From: Botryllus schlosseri
Lineage: Eukaryota
Reading direction: 5' to 3'
NCBI GenBank assembly: GCA_051294905.1
Contig: CM119371.1
Location: 16,308,001 to 16,372,000, forward strand
DNA: 64,000 bases
This document shows, one piece after another, positions 51,001 through 59,539 of this stretch (its first letter is position 1; every line of letters begins with the position of its first letter). A program made the translations under genes and the position numbers. Under the pieces are notes generated by a model that was not told where the DNA came from, made no database searches, and saw only the letters and a program-made list of their open reading frames with translations.

Positions 51001-54000
51001 CCTTGGAGAACAGCGCGCAACTACTAAAAAAAACTCATCACTTCGGATTTTTTGTGCGCAGCTTAGATATTCTGTGCGCAGAGACCGTTTCAGCAATGCG
51101 CATTTGTGCACGTGCGCAGCTTAGAGGGAACATTGGTCATGACCCTTCGGCCGACCGTCGGCCGAGCATGGAAACGAAGTAATTGAAATGGCACAAGACT
51201 TCGTTTTCTATGCACACACACTTCGGAAAAAAGTCGTAATTTTCACGATCTCACCAACATGCAATGTTGTCCTTTCCAACCATCATCCGTTTGTGTAATA
51301 TTAAACAATGTCAGATAACGCAGGAAAGAAATAGTCATTTCATATTAGTTCATAATTGAAGAATCTTACCAACGAAGATAAAAGCTTGAAGGGAAGCGAT
51401 TTTCGCGACTATTGTAGGATGAAACAACGCATTCTAATAGGAAACATGGAAGTTGACCAGTGACTCTGTTCAACTTTAACGATATTGACTTACAATCTAT
51501 TTGTCTGCATGCATATAAGGCTCCATAAATGATTTGTAGCTTGGGGGCATTCTTATTTGTATTGGCACACTCACATAATTTACAACAACTTCCATTGCAA
51601 TATATGTCAAACTTGACGACTACTTGATGTTCCCCTCACCACCAGTGAAGCCACAATAACGGTATACATGGATTTGGTATAGATTATCACTCAAACATTT
51701 GATGTCCATGTCAGTCACCCAGCTGCAATGTAACTCTCGTGATTAATGTAAAATAACAGTCGCAAAGATTCCGACGCAGCTACGTTCGGCGGTGAAACTT
51801 TACCTTTTCGTAACCTCAAGGTTAGCCTTTGCGGTCGCATCTGAATAATATCTTGCGAACTGGTTGTTGATTCGCTGGCGTTGCTGTAGTTTTCATTCTG
51901 CACAATATCTTCGTAGCTCTGCGGATTGATGAGAGTGTCGGAACAATTATAAGACGTTGTCCTGTAGTGAAGAAACGTAAATATAGAATCATACACATAG
52001 CGTGTCAAGGTTGTAACCAAGTCACAAGGTTCCGAGTCAGAAGTTCATCCCACTTTTATAGTTTTGACTCGAGTCAAGCCGAGTCATTTTCAAGTTACCA
52101 CCGATTCAAATCCAAAACCAAGTCAGATAGTGGAGGGTCGAGTCCGATCATGGTGTTTCGACTCGAGTCTGAGTCCAAGTCATTATGTTCACTGTTCGGT
52201 GGACAGTTTTCAGTTCAACCCGTGTTTTTCAACTCTGCTCGAGTGATATAGTACGTCTCGCATTCATAATACAGCATAATTCTCCTCAGTTTTAACAGTT
52301 TCAGGCCATTATTGCAAGTGTCAGGACCAATGTTCACTCTAATTTTGACGAGTCTGCACACATTCACCAACTCACTGCGCAGACCCTTCGACAACAGTGC
52401 GTCACGACTAAAAAAGGCCATCACTTCGGATTTTTGTCAGCAACTTAGGTTTTCTGCGCGCAGATACAGTCTCTGCAGTGCGCATTTGTGCACGTGCGCA
52501 GCTTAAAGTAGGCTTACCATATTTTGGAAATCTAAAAAGAGGACACTTTTTCAGAAATATGAGACTTTGTGATCGGTTGACTAAAAAAAAAAAAGTCAAC
52601 TTTCCCGCTCAGAGCTCAAAATACCGTTTGTCTCTCCACATTGCTAGGTGGTTGACTAAAAAAAAAAAAAAAAAATTGGTCAACTTTTCGCTCAGAGCTC
52701 AAATAACCGTTTTTCACGCCTGAGCGTCACTTATGTGCTAATTTACAGCATATCACTCGCATTTTGCTCTAAATGTGACCTAAATTTTCAAAAAAGACGA
52801 CAAAATCCCAAAAAAGAGGACAAAAGGGCGTCCTCCGAGGACACTTTCATAAAGTCAAAAAAGAGGACAAATCCTCTAAAAAGAGGACGTATGGTAACCC
52901 TAGCTTAGAGGGAACATTGGTCAGGACTGATAGACGAAATACCTATAATGTGGTGACTTTACTGTTCTTCGATGTTACTATGAAACGTCTGTCTTGGCCG
53001 TCATAGTCTCCAGTCATATGACTGGGTTCGAGTCATACACAATGACTCGAGTACGGTAGGCGAGATCGATATGTCAGGTCGTGGTCTCATAAAGTAGCGG
53101 GCTAGGGGAATGGTATTCAATCTCTAGAAATTGCTTGTATTTCGACTTGAATGTGGACATGCTCTACGACAGACGGTCAGCCGGCGAGATAGCCTACTGC
53201 TCCATATTAGGTCCGGCAAAGGCATATTTCATAGGTCGATGATCATTCGCGTCGCTCGCGTCAAGACTAAGGCTAGAAGAGTAATGGCGGTGGAAATAGG
53301 CACAATCTTGGACAATGCATTCACCTGGTACTGTAATGGCTATTGCACGCGTTTAGTCTGACGATTTCGTACCTAGAACTGATGCTATCTTATCTGCAAA
53401 CTACTTTCCACTTTTCTACTTTTCATGAAAAAAAAAACTACTGAAAAGTGGAATTAGTCGGAAAACTTAACTACTTGAGTAAGTTAGTGCAAGTAATTAT
53501 TGAGTACTTACAAACAGTATAATTACTTCCCTGTGGACTATCGCTGATTGTAACCGAGTGCATTTACTACAATCTTTCCACCAATTGACAATAATACGAA
53601 TCACCCTTCCGCCCCGTGGTACCGTATAGCGATCGCTGTCAATATAGCGTCAGTTGGGTCGGTTCATCGATGAACATTGAACACTCGAACAGATATCGCC
53701 GAACGACAATAGCCATCAGTACATATGGCATATTGTCTGTTATTTCATGCTCGGTTCGTTGCCTTGCTTCGTTGATCCCGTTTCAAAGCAAATCCAAGTG
53801 TGAAATCAGCCGATGCGGTTACACGATTCAATTGAATTGTATATTCATATTGGAATTACCCCGAATATTTTCGGCTGAGACTTGTCTAGTGCAATCCTCA
53901 GCAACTAGTAGAGTATGGAAAAGAAAATTGTGTATCAACAATCATATCACAAAATATGACGTCACCTCACCAGCTTATTTCTAGGTCGGACGGATGTGCG

Positions 54001-57000
54001 TACGGTGCATAGATCATATTGAAATCTTTGAACTATGCCACACAATATTATCTATTGAAATATTACATCGAACAGCGGTAATGGTGTGTCATAAAGTTGG
54101 AACTGTTTATGGTTCAACCAGTTTAGCTGTTATGAGAAGTAGCCTATCCTACTGTACTTGGTTCATATATTGGCATGTACCAGCGCTTTCCAAACGTTTA
54201 TGTTGTCAGGCGCTCTCTGAAGACTTATAAACAATCTCCATGCCCTATGGAATTCATAGTGTCGAAAATTTCGAGAGAAGCGCACATAAAAATGTATTTA
54301 AGAAATCTCGTTTCTGAAAATGCATAACAGTGAACCTAATACACGTCAAAAACGTGCTTGTTGATTTCTAACTCCCTGGCATATGTTTGCGATTGCAAAT
54401 AAGCGTCTCGCGAAGCCAAATAACAAACGTAAATGGGTTTATTTTTTTTATTATATTTAGAGTGCAGTGCCCCTTTAATTTATGATTGACGGGCTGCTCG
54501 TCTTGTATAGTGCGATGATTGTCATTGTCACTAATTGAATAGTATGTATAAAGTACCTAATGAACGGTGACTGTGACTTCAGACCGGTAAAACGTGTTTG
54601 GAATTCGAAAGCTTGACAACCACGGGGAAATGAGCGCGGCATAGCCTTACCTCCCATACCACTGCACGCAGTGTTGGAGACTGACAATTAATTACACGGA
54701 TGCTATAGGCTTGATCAGGGGCGGAAACCCCTCCAGTCAGCGTGCCTGATATGGGAAAGTGAAGTATTTGACGGGCCGGACCATTGTATCCATATACGCT
54801 ATTCGCTTATTTATCCCCCTGTACAAGGAATATGTAGTATTTATTTGAAACCTCAAGTTTAAAGCATGGAAACCAAAAACATGAATTAATGAATATATCA
54901 ACGTAATATACTACAATAGCGGGTAAAGTCAATGAGAAATCTTTGACGATGAAGTTGTCAACAACTTCCTCGAACTTTGTCTGAATGGCGGACGTAGAAA
55001 CCTTAAGTAAAGAATGCACGTGTAAGTGTACACACTGTACACTGTATGCTACATCGGTAAGCTTGGAACGCAGCTTTATCTTGCCAATGTTCAGGGTCGA
55101 AAATGTTTGCTCGCAAACGCATGTAGACCCTAACAGTCACTATAACTTGACATGGCTGAATTCGTGCTATCATGTCGGAGAATCCTTTAAGATTTGATTC
55201 GGATATAGACGAGGTTGAATTACATTGCAAGGATACTTATACCAGGAGATAATATCAGACCGTGGTGCACCAGACCCTTAAGGGAGATAAGCGTCACTAC
55301 AACTTTTAACCATATTAATAATAATAATGACGTAGCAAGCAAGTAAAGTGGGGGATTGTGGCTCACTGTGGCCATGGGCCATTCAAATTCCCTTTGAGGG
55401 CCATTCCGGCCCGCCCTGGGCTTGATGACAGGTAGGTATTTGGTTATTGGTAAATGCGAAGTTCGCTAGCGATTATGCACCATTTTAGTATGTATGCTCG
55501 TGGTCAGGGATCTCTTTTATATGGCTGCAGGTTGTGTAACCATGATCTTAGTAAACCTGTCATTGTGACATTAATTACTTTGTATAACTCAATTGAAATC
55601 GAGCCCCACATTTTTGTCACGAGAGGAGAGGATACTTGGTCACAGTTGTCTTCGCACAAACATCATCTGACTGTATTCTAGATCTTTTATCTTCAAGATG
55701 TAATCTCAAATGTTTGACAATATCAGGACTAAGTAATGACTGATATGATCTCTTTTGCCAATAGCTCACAGATTTTGAGTTCAAATGGCCCAGGTCACAC
55801 TAGGTGTGTCATAGGTTCCTGTCACATCGTCTCATACAGATTTATAAGACTATAGAATATTTTTCTTAACACTTTTATACAAAACTGTTGGTGCGATAGC
55901 ATTTATTCTTACTTGGAATCGACACACGTTGGCTTTCTGTCCTTGAACAAAGCGTTGCTACACCAAGCACAGTCTGGATGAGCCGAAATGCACGCCTTAC
56001 AGTCTTGGGCGACCGAGCACACGCTGTTTACGCCTGTTAAATTGTTCTCAATTGAGTCTGACAATCTTGGACAAATTCATCCCACGAAATCGTACCGCAT
56101 TCTCAAAAGCATTGCTGACTTAATTCAATCTTCGTAGATAGCGATGAAACGACTTACGATCTACGATACCGGCGAGATGTTAGGAAATTCAGTCTCTTTG
56201 GCGCAAATGAGTGCAGTAGATCATATGTGGGACTTCTGTCACTTGATTTGATGAGTATAGACGCAAAGAGCAACTGACTATAGTAGCCAAGATACTCCAT
56301 TTCACGTTTCCATTCACAGTAAAGCGTCATATTCATAACAAAGTGTTGTAGTATATGCTGATGCAATCTACAGTTTTGTACACTACACTGAAATGACCCA
56401 GTACCACCCACTACACAAATTTCGAACCGGTAATGTCGGTACCGCAATGCGACAATGTTATGCAGCACCAATCATTTAGGAGTGTTCTGCCTGAAAGATA
56501 ATTATCAACCACTTACGGAGGAGGCAAATCTAACATGACCAAGTCGCGAATTAGTTTCGCACAAAAATTTTAATAGGTCTACTGCCTAAAAATGAAGATT
56601 TAAAATGAGATTTTTACCATGAGCACAAACGAGACGAGAGTTGCTATACCTAGCCAAAACCAATCACGTTACTGGGTCTCTGCAAATATATTATTCTACC
56701 CGTTAAGCCAGTGGTACCCAATTCTTTTTCGCTTGTGGCACACTATAAAAATTATAAAACGCTGCGGCACACTTACAAAAAAGTTGCCCAAAATCGATTA
56801 AGGTTGTAACGCGAATGCAATACTCGTTTATACGAACATATGTTCGATGGAAGCGAGGTTCAATTGTTGACCAACGTACCCACATTTCGTCGCTTTTCAA
56901 GCAGTGTCTCTCGGTTACCGCGTTTAATTTCAATCAAAACAAAAAAATCATGTTCACATACCTATTAAGTATCTACCCATATTTGTTCACATCAAATCCT

Positions 57001-57572
57001 GAGAAGTGTAAGTTGAAGTCCAGACAACGAACATGATTTGCTGCAAGATTCCTTGTTTATGAGTTGATTAGAAAATAATCAAAGAATTTCTACATGACAT
57101 AGCAGCCTAATTATGATGTGGATGTTATACTATACTCATTGGCAATGTCATGATTGATTTCATGGACTGGACATGCTGGTCATATTTGATTATTTATTAG
57201 CTATTGATGAATTTAGACTATTTTCAAGTTTGTCTGCAAGCCGTATCTTCAATGTTATACAGTTTGTTCCCAAAATTCTACAAAAAACCGCAGCACACCT
57301 GCTAATCTGTGGCGGCTCAAAGCTCGGGAATGACTGCGTTAAGCATCGGAGTCTTATTCAAAACCATTTAGTAACGTACAAGAATGCAAATGCAATATTG
57401 GTGCGTGAGTTACTTCAAATTCAAATTTGTCTCAAACACATAGACGACTAAGATTGCTTAACAAGAGTACGTACACAGTCGGTACACACGTACCTGCATT
57501 TTGTGATGCGACTAGTACAAACATGTACACCACGAATACACTTTCAGAGCGTAAGAGGCCTTTGTGTATCAT
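5854..57572 (-). CDS. Integrin beta subunit gene (17 coding exons found, 808 aa; 3' terminal exon not located)
   Basis: Hand-spliced exons are all GT-AG and in phase. Hallmark motifs: YPLDLYYVMDLSNSMSDDL (MIDAS/ADMIDAS), GFGSFVDK, SGNIDIPEGSFDALMQ, DYPS, IFAVT, DSNNIV, CDCNC, Cys-rich I-EGF repeats, TM followed by WKL..RD...EFEKE. Orthologue within the beta family cannot be assigned without phylogeny. Confidence 0.97.
6286..6404 (-). CDS. Integrin beta exon 16 (beta-tail HIKCGGTFADGCSYSYDVYW…)
   Basis: C......DxC...Y beta-tail motif; polypyrimidine tract plus tcgcag acceptor, gtgtgt donor; 119 nt, phase 2 to 1, bridges exons 15 and 17 in frame. Confidence 0.9.
6899..7075 (+). mobile_element. 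tRNA-derived SINE 5' part
   Basis: Pol III A box TAGCGTAGCGG and B box GGTTCGAGCCC, followed by a body shared with the 1711 copy; no complete cloverleaf. Confidence 0.6.
7228..8599. mobile_element. hAT-like non-autonomous element, family A (TIR TAGGGTT[A/G]CCATA)
   Basis: TIRs; TSD atatagtg/atgtagtg; full-length inverted homologue at 32654-33783. Confidence 0.88.
7941..8182. mobile_element. hAT-like MITE, family B (TIR CAGGGCCGTAAC), nested in family A
   Basis: Perfect 8-bp TSD ATCCTACA; the empty site is present in the 32654 copy near 33056-33080. Confidence 0.88.
8860..9590. repeat. Interspersed repeat (family H); inverted homologue at ~31310-32062
   Basis: Shared blocks such as catggtgttatgttcaacgtaccgcaata and gtcagaatgaagcaacacggtgt. 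Confidence 0.75.
10099..10232 (-). CDS. Integrin beta exon 15 (beta-tail with Cys-rich insert)
   Basis: SDGCKEECPENEF…NCQGTCSASDPGCGICSRYDP; attcag acceptor, gtaagt donor; 134 nt, phase 0 to 2. Confidence 0.88.
10825..10935 (-). CDS. Integrin beta exon 14 (end of I-EGF4, start of beta-tail: WGGTYCHQC…DCAQCKSR)
   Basis: G.YC..C and C..C motifs; ttgcag acceptor, gtgagt donor; 111 nt. Confidence 0.93.
11492..11688 (-). CDS. Integrin beta exon 13 (I-EGF3/4: GPDKGWC…CSGRGACQCETCRC)
   Basis: CSGRGxCxCxxCxC motif; taccag acceptor, gtaagg donor; 197 nt, phase 1 to 0. Confidence 0.96.
15215..16944 (+). mobile_element. Decayed piggyBac transposon with transposase pseudogene
   Basis: TTAA|CACTAGAAC…GTTCTAGTG|TTAA; subterminal inverted GTGGCTTTTTTGACGCAT. 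Broken frames give LSKNRFMEV, IGVKCQMVDAAATKYLYKGVSYLGKD, LVDTIVK…LP, KKPVTVKCYNETKPGG and PTSRRWSVHVF, matching piggyBac DDD transposase blocks in order. Confidence 0.88.
17486..17598 (-). CDS. Integrin beta exon 12 (I-EGF2/3: HGQCDCGKCVCANGYNGTHCQC…LCGG)
   Basis: Integrin Cys-repeat signature; ttccag acceptor, gttagt donor; 113 nt, phase 2 to 1. Confidence 0.96.
18348..22006. mobile_element. hAT-like non-autonomous element, family C (TIR CAGTGGCGGCTCG), with nested insertions
   Basis: TIRs; perfect TSD CCTGTTCA; inverted homologue at 46951-49352. Confidence 0.9.
19394..20687. mobile_element. Family B hAT-like element (long form) nested in family C
   Basis: CAGGGCCGTAAC…GTTACGGTGCTG; perfect TSD TCTGTGCT; internal ~360-bp duplication; absent from the 46951 family C copy. 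Confidence 0.88.
22205..23810 (-). mobile_element. hAT (Buster/Charlie-type) element with transposase remnants
   Basis: CAGTGTCTCCCAAA…TTTGGGAACCACTG; perfect TSD AAATAGAC. Minus-strand remnants HCKM*WLFKRNCLV (compare H…RWLSKGNCL) and SYLIEHFL…SRNQL (compare SYL.E.GFS…KRNRL). Confidence 0.82.
22653..22976. mobile_element. Family A-type MITE (AGAGGAC-rich) nested in the 22205 element
   Basis: TAGGGTTACCATA…TATGGTAACCCTA; flanks actacaac/(ta)actacaat. Confidence 0.78.
24480..25206 (+). mobile_element. Probable non-LTR retroelement 3' fragment
   Basis: A/C-rich strand bias; peptide KWLSTLNPTKS resembles the RT C-terminal W...LN..K[ST] motif; ends in AATAAA. Confidence 0.45.
25528..25714 (-). 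CDS. Integrin beta exon 11 (ICDCNC, I-EGF1, start of I-EGF2)
   Basis: CDCNC…CSNQGNLTCGICECEAGWQGLNCQC; tctcag acceptor, gtgagt donor; 187 nt, phase 1 to 2. Confidence 0.97.
26110..26830 (-). mobile_element. hAT remnant with C-terminal dimerisation-domain fragment
   Basis: ORF ALRVTITCTTTKLCGNGFSTLVHIKSTAR resembles hATC (…TYLCE.GFS.L..IK.K.R); homologous to 60680-62260. Confidence 0.7.
27369..28665. mobile_element. hAT-like element (TIR CAGGGTTGCCAT, AAGGAC subterminal repeats)
   Basis: Perfect TSD TTTATAGA. Confidence 0.82.
28675..28890. mobile_element. Charlie-like hAT MITE
   Basis: CAGGGGTTATCAACC…GGCTGGGGACCCCTG; flanks ttatagac/tcgtagac. Confidence 0.65.
28970..29072 (-). CDS. Integrin beta exon 10 (hybrid domain VTFELSFTANEC…VVTIDL)
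   Basis: V.F......C motif; tttcag acceptor, gtgagt donor; 103 nt, phase 0 to 1. Confidence 0.92.
29204..29581. mobile_element. hAT-like MITE, family F (TIR CAGGGTTGTAA, GACTCGAGTC-rich)
   Basis: TIRs; TSD gagaagtc/gataagtc. Confidence 0.82.
29940..29969 (+). repeat. (GA)n microsatellite
   Basis: gagagagcgagagcgagagagagagagaga. Confidence 0.85.
30180..30610 (-). mobile_element. LINE (CR1/L2-group) ORF2 3' end remnant
   Basis: Peptide VHSYYTRSSSKGNIYLPPPKSNRTKRSIDHSGLIICNEL…LKK matches the H.Y.TR…L..P…S..Y.G...WN.L C-terminus typical of these LINEs. Confidence 0.7.
30984..32374. mobile_element. Family F element carrying the family H repeat
   Basis: CAGGGTTGTAATGACTCGAG…TTACAACCCT; TSD not clear. 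Confidence 0.7.
32654..33783. mobile_element. Family A hAT-like element (inverted relative to the 7228 copy)
   Basis: TIRs; perfect TSD TTATACAT. Confidence 0.9.
34109..34900 (-). mobile_element. hAT remnant with GTF2IRD2/SPIN-like transposase C-terminus
   Basis: Terminal CAGGGGTCACCAA; ORF …VFGSTYRCESAFSDMKFIKNKHRTWITNAHLEQSLRVAVS is a hATC dimerisation motif. Confidence 0.8.
35371..35505 (-). CDS. Integrin beta exon 9 (hybrid domain KIKGRLLV…YC…DCNNISIGDE)
   Basis: C.N...GD hybrid motif; tttcag acceptor, gtgcgt donor; 135 nt. Confidence 0.93.
36447..36539 (-). CDS. Integrin beta exon 8 (EISKVLKNLGEASQLASDSNNIVSIIADAYE)
   Basis: L..DS.NI..LI..AY end-of-betaI motif; cttcag acceptor, gtaagt donor; 93 nt. 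Confidence 0.95.
36816..38157. mobile_element. Family F element with nested insertions
   Basis: TIRs; perfect TSD AAAGTACC. Confidence 0.85.
37734..38023. repeat. Inverted arrays of a 16-bp unit (CATTACCGAGAATGGA), foldback-like
   Basis: About 3 units forward at 37734-37790 and about 7 in reverse at 37914-38023. Confidence 0.8.
38716..38868 (-). CDS. Integrin beta exon 7 (…SKTLDYPSLGQLKQAFTEHKIITIFAVT…)
   Basis: DYPS and IFAVT motifs; atatag acceptor, gtatcg donor; 153 nt, phase 0. Confidence 0.95.
39134..39967. repeat. Long imperfect inverted repeat (arms ~39134-39391 and ~39697-39967)
   Basis: Arms are reverse complements, e.g. gccgagcattaaatttggt / accaaatttaatgctcggc and tatcaatcgaaagctgact / agtcagctttcgattgata. 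Confidence 0.85.
41361..41489 (-). CDS. Integrin beta exon 6 (FVKWRPGSTRVILLTTDAPPHIAMDGKLAAILEANDMKCHLQK)
   Basis: WR...TD..H.A.DGKL...ND..CHL motif; atttag acceptor; 129 nt, phase 0 to 0. An alternative in-frame donor would end the exon at 41331. Confidence 0.92.
42868..43060 (-). CDS. Integrin beta exon 5 (specificity loop CAGGVNVTSC, SGNIDIPEGSFDALMQIAVC)
   Basis: Canonical betaI motif; tctcag acceptor, gtacac donor; 193 nt, phase 2 to 0. Confidence 0.97.
43986..44217 (-). CDS. Integrin beta exon 4 (betaI domain, MIDAS DLSNSMSDD, GFGSFVDK)
   Basis: Canonical DxSxS motif; caacag acceptor, gtgagt donor; 232 nt, phase 1 to 2. Confidence 0.98.
45282..45448. mobile_element. hAT-like MITE with GGAGTC repeats
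   Basis: CAGGGCTGTGGAGTC…GACTACACAGCCCTG; TSD cttcctga/catcctga. Confidence 0.8.
46951..49352. mobile_element. Family C element nested in family D (inverted relative to the 18348 copy)
   Basis: TIRs; perfect TSD TCCGACAA. Confidence 0.9.
47129..47495. mobile_element. Family A-type MITE nested in family C
   Basis: TAGGGTTACCATACG…TATGGTAAGCCTA; inverted homologue at 52509-52902; no TSD visible. Confidence 0.75.
49536..50239. mobile_element. Charlie-like hAT MITE nested in family D
   Basis: CAGGGGTGACCAACC…GGTTGGTTACCCCTG; TSD atataggc/atgtaggc. Confidence 0.82.
51804..51961 (-). CDS. Integrin beta exon 3 (PSI end/hybrid start: NCSDTLINPQS...IIQMRPQRLTLRLRKG)
   Basis: QxxPQxxxLxLRxG motif; ctacag acceptor, gtaaag donor; 158 nt, phase 2 to 1. 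Confidence 0.95.
52328..52919. mobile_element. Family D MITE (inside a family F remnant at ~52007-53050)
   Basis: CAATGTTCACTCTAA…TTAGAGGGAACATTG; perfect TSD GTCAGGAC. Confidence 0.85.
52509..52902. mobile_element. Family A-type MITE inserted at the right TIR of family D
   Basis: TIRs; TSD gcttaaag/gcttagag. Confidence 0.82.
55913..56033 (-). CDS. Integrin beta exon 2 (PSI domain VCSVAQDCKACISAHPDCAWC)
   Basis: PSI signature CxxCI...CAWC; ttaacag acceptor, gtaaga donor; 121 nt, phase 1 to 2. Confidence 0.95.
57494..57572 (-). CDS. Integrin beta exon 1 (signal peptide MIHKGLLRSESVFVVYMFVLVASQNA-G)
   Basis: ATG, basic N-region, hydrophobic core, small-residue cleavage region. Donor G|gtacgt is phase 1, matching the phase of exon 2. 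Confidence 0.8.
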
Positions 57573-58862
57573 CCTCTATTAAAGCGTAGCAGGAACTTGG
57601 AACTTTGTATCAAAGCACTGGTATATGTATGAATGTATATACTCTAATAGTAATTCTGAATAGAACATTGAATATGAATACATATGTTAGTCAATTTGAC
57701 TAAGCATTTTCACACAATATGCAACCATTCCGATGAAACGCTTAAATGCACGTGCAAATTGCATTTATGCGTAAATGAAGAACATCACTTCGCTTCGGCC
57801 AGGGGCTGGCAACGTTGAAAATGCAAAGAGTCATTCAGAACAGGATGAGACTCCGCATCCGCGGTTTGCAGACCTCTGACTTGCATCTTACAATCACGTG
57901 ATAAACGGGCATGTGGAAATAATGTTAACTAAATCGCTTATTTTTACAGCATACTCAAAGAGAGCTGCTTACTCATTTTCACTACGAAGCTGGCTAACGC
58001 ATACGCAGAAAAGACAATCGATTAGGCTGTACCGCTGTTTGATTATATGTCCACGCAGGGTATTAACACGCATGTTTAGTTACGTAGCACAGATTTAGTT
58101 ACAATCGACATTGATTTTGATGCTGAAAAACTAAATTTTTGACGAATAAATCAAGATCTGCCCTTGTCAAAGTCAAAGGTTCTTCAAGGATATTGTGAAG
58201 CGTAGCTTTAGAAAACCTGGTATATTTTACCCAAGTTTGACATGTGGAAAAACTGATTGGTCATAATTGACTGCCTCGGTGATAATATGACTGAATTGGA
58301 TACCCCAGTGCCTTACGAAATGTACTTTCCATTGTGAGTTGTCACGTAGCCTATTGCGCTGAAAGTTTCCAAATTTCCCAGCGAAATGTAATAATCGTTA
58401 AGTTATATTATCATCCGAACAAGACACACACAATGTACAACGTGATAAGACACAATGCGATGTAATGAGCGGATAGGAGGATGCCTAACGATGCGCAGTT
58501 GCCTAGAAAATATGATAGTGTTCATTTTTCCCGTAATGATTGCATCAAGACCGTACCGCGATTCGTTAGGGGACAACTTCTTTAAGGCTGGACTGAATAT
58601 GGCTTGGGAAAGAGTGACGTTTTCGTGATAGGGATATCTCGGATATTCATATGAAGTATAATATCATATTCCCTAGCATTTTTATTTTGGGAAAAGTCTT
58701 TTTCCACGAGGAGCCTATAGGTGGATATTACTTCCAATGATCCAGTGTCTTGCCAAAGGTTTCATCAGGATCGTCTTTCCGCTTCCGGTTTGTCCAATAA
58801 TAGTCAACGGTTTGGTTCTATGATTTTGTATGACTTGTAAAAGTTCTTTAAAGTCTATATAA

Positions 58863-59539
58863 CAGGGCCGGCCAACCCGTGGCCCGCGACGTAATTTCCG
58901 AAATTAGTATCAGAAATGGATTGCACAGATTGTGAACTTGCAAGGCCAACCAAAAATTTGATTAGTCTGGCCGCAACACTTGAGATGTGATGACTAAAAT
59001 ATCAGTTCCGACGAATTGGCAGATCCATGAGCCAGTCACATTTTCGTTGAAATTCGTACACTACAATAAAGCAGAATAATTTGCGATAGATTTATCAAAA
59101 CTAATAATTTTCTACACGCTTCGCGCAGCATGTTGTCACACGATTTCTTGCTTTTAATATTGTTGGCCCTTTGTGAAAATGAAAGAACGCCTAATGCATC
59201 AGATTGAGTCCATCTATATTCGCGATTACGAGACAAAGTGTCGTTAAACATATGCGTACTTGCGTTTGCGCTCGCAGAAGACCGTCGACTATGAAACCTA
59301 GGCACAAAATGATTGACGCATGTTGGTCGTAGCTTTCGATATCGATATGTCCAGGCGCCAAATAGTCCATTCCTCGCAAACTGAGCCCAGCGATATACAA
59401 CAGGCCCGTAATATTGTCAAGTGACAATATTCTTGACCTATGAACTTCGAAAAATTTTCTCGCTTGGCGCGGTTAGTGGCCCGCGCAATAGTTCGTCAAT
59501 CAAATGTGGCCCTTTGGCTGAAAAGGTTGGCCGCCCCTG
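58863..59539. mobile_element. Charlie-like hAT MITE
   Basis: CAGGGCCGGCCAACC…GGTTGGCCGCCCCTG; TSD ctatataa/ctatatag. Confidence 0.82.

Larger units (their letters stand above)
46405..51135. mobile_element. Family D hAT-like element (TIR CAATGTTCCCTCTAA) nested in family E
   Basis: Perfect TSD GTCATGAC. Confidence 0.85.
45467..51179. mobile_element. Family E TIR element (CTTCGTTTCCATGCTCGGCCGA), outer shell of a nested cluster
   Basis: TIRs of about 22 bp flanked by TA on both sides; superfamily uncertain. Confidence 0.7.

Noticed and set aside
53616..54230. Plus-strand 122- and 78-aa ORFs
   Set aside because: No recognisable domain, the first overlaps a dispersed repeat, and I found no supporting exon chain.
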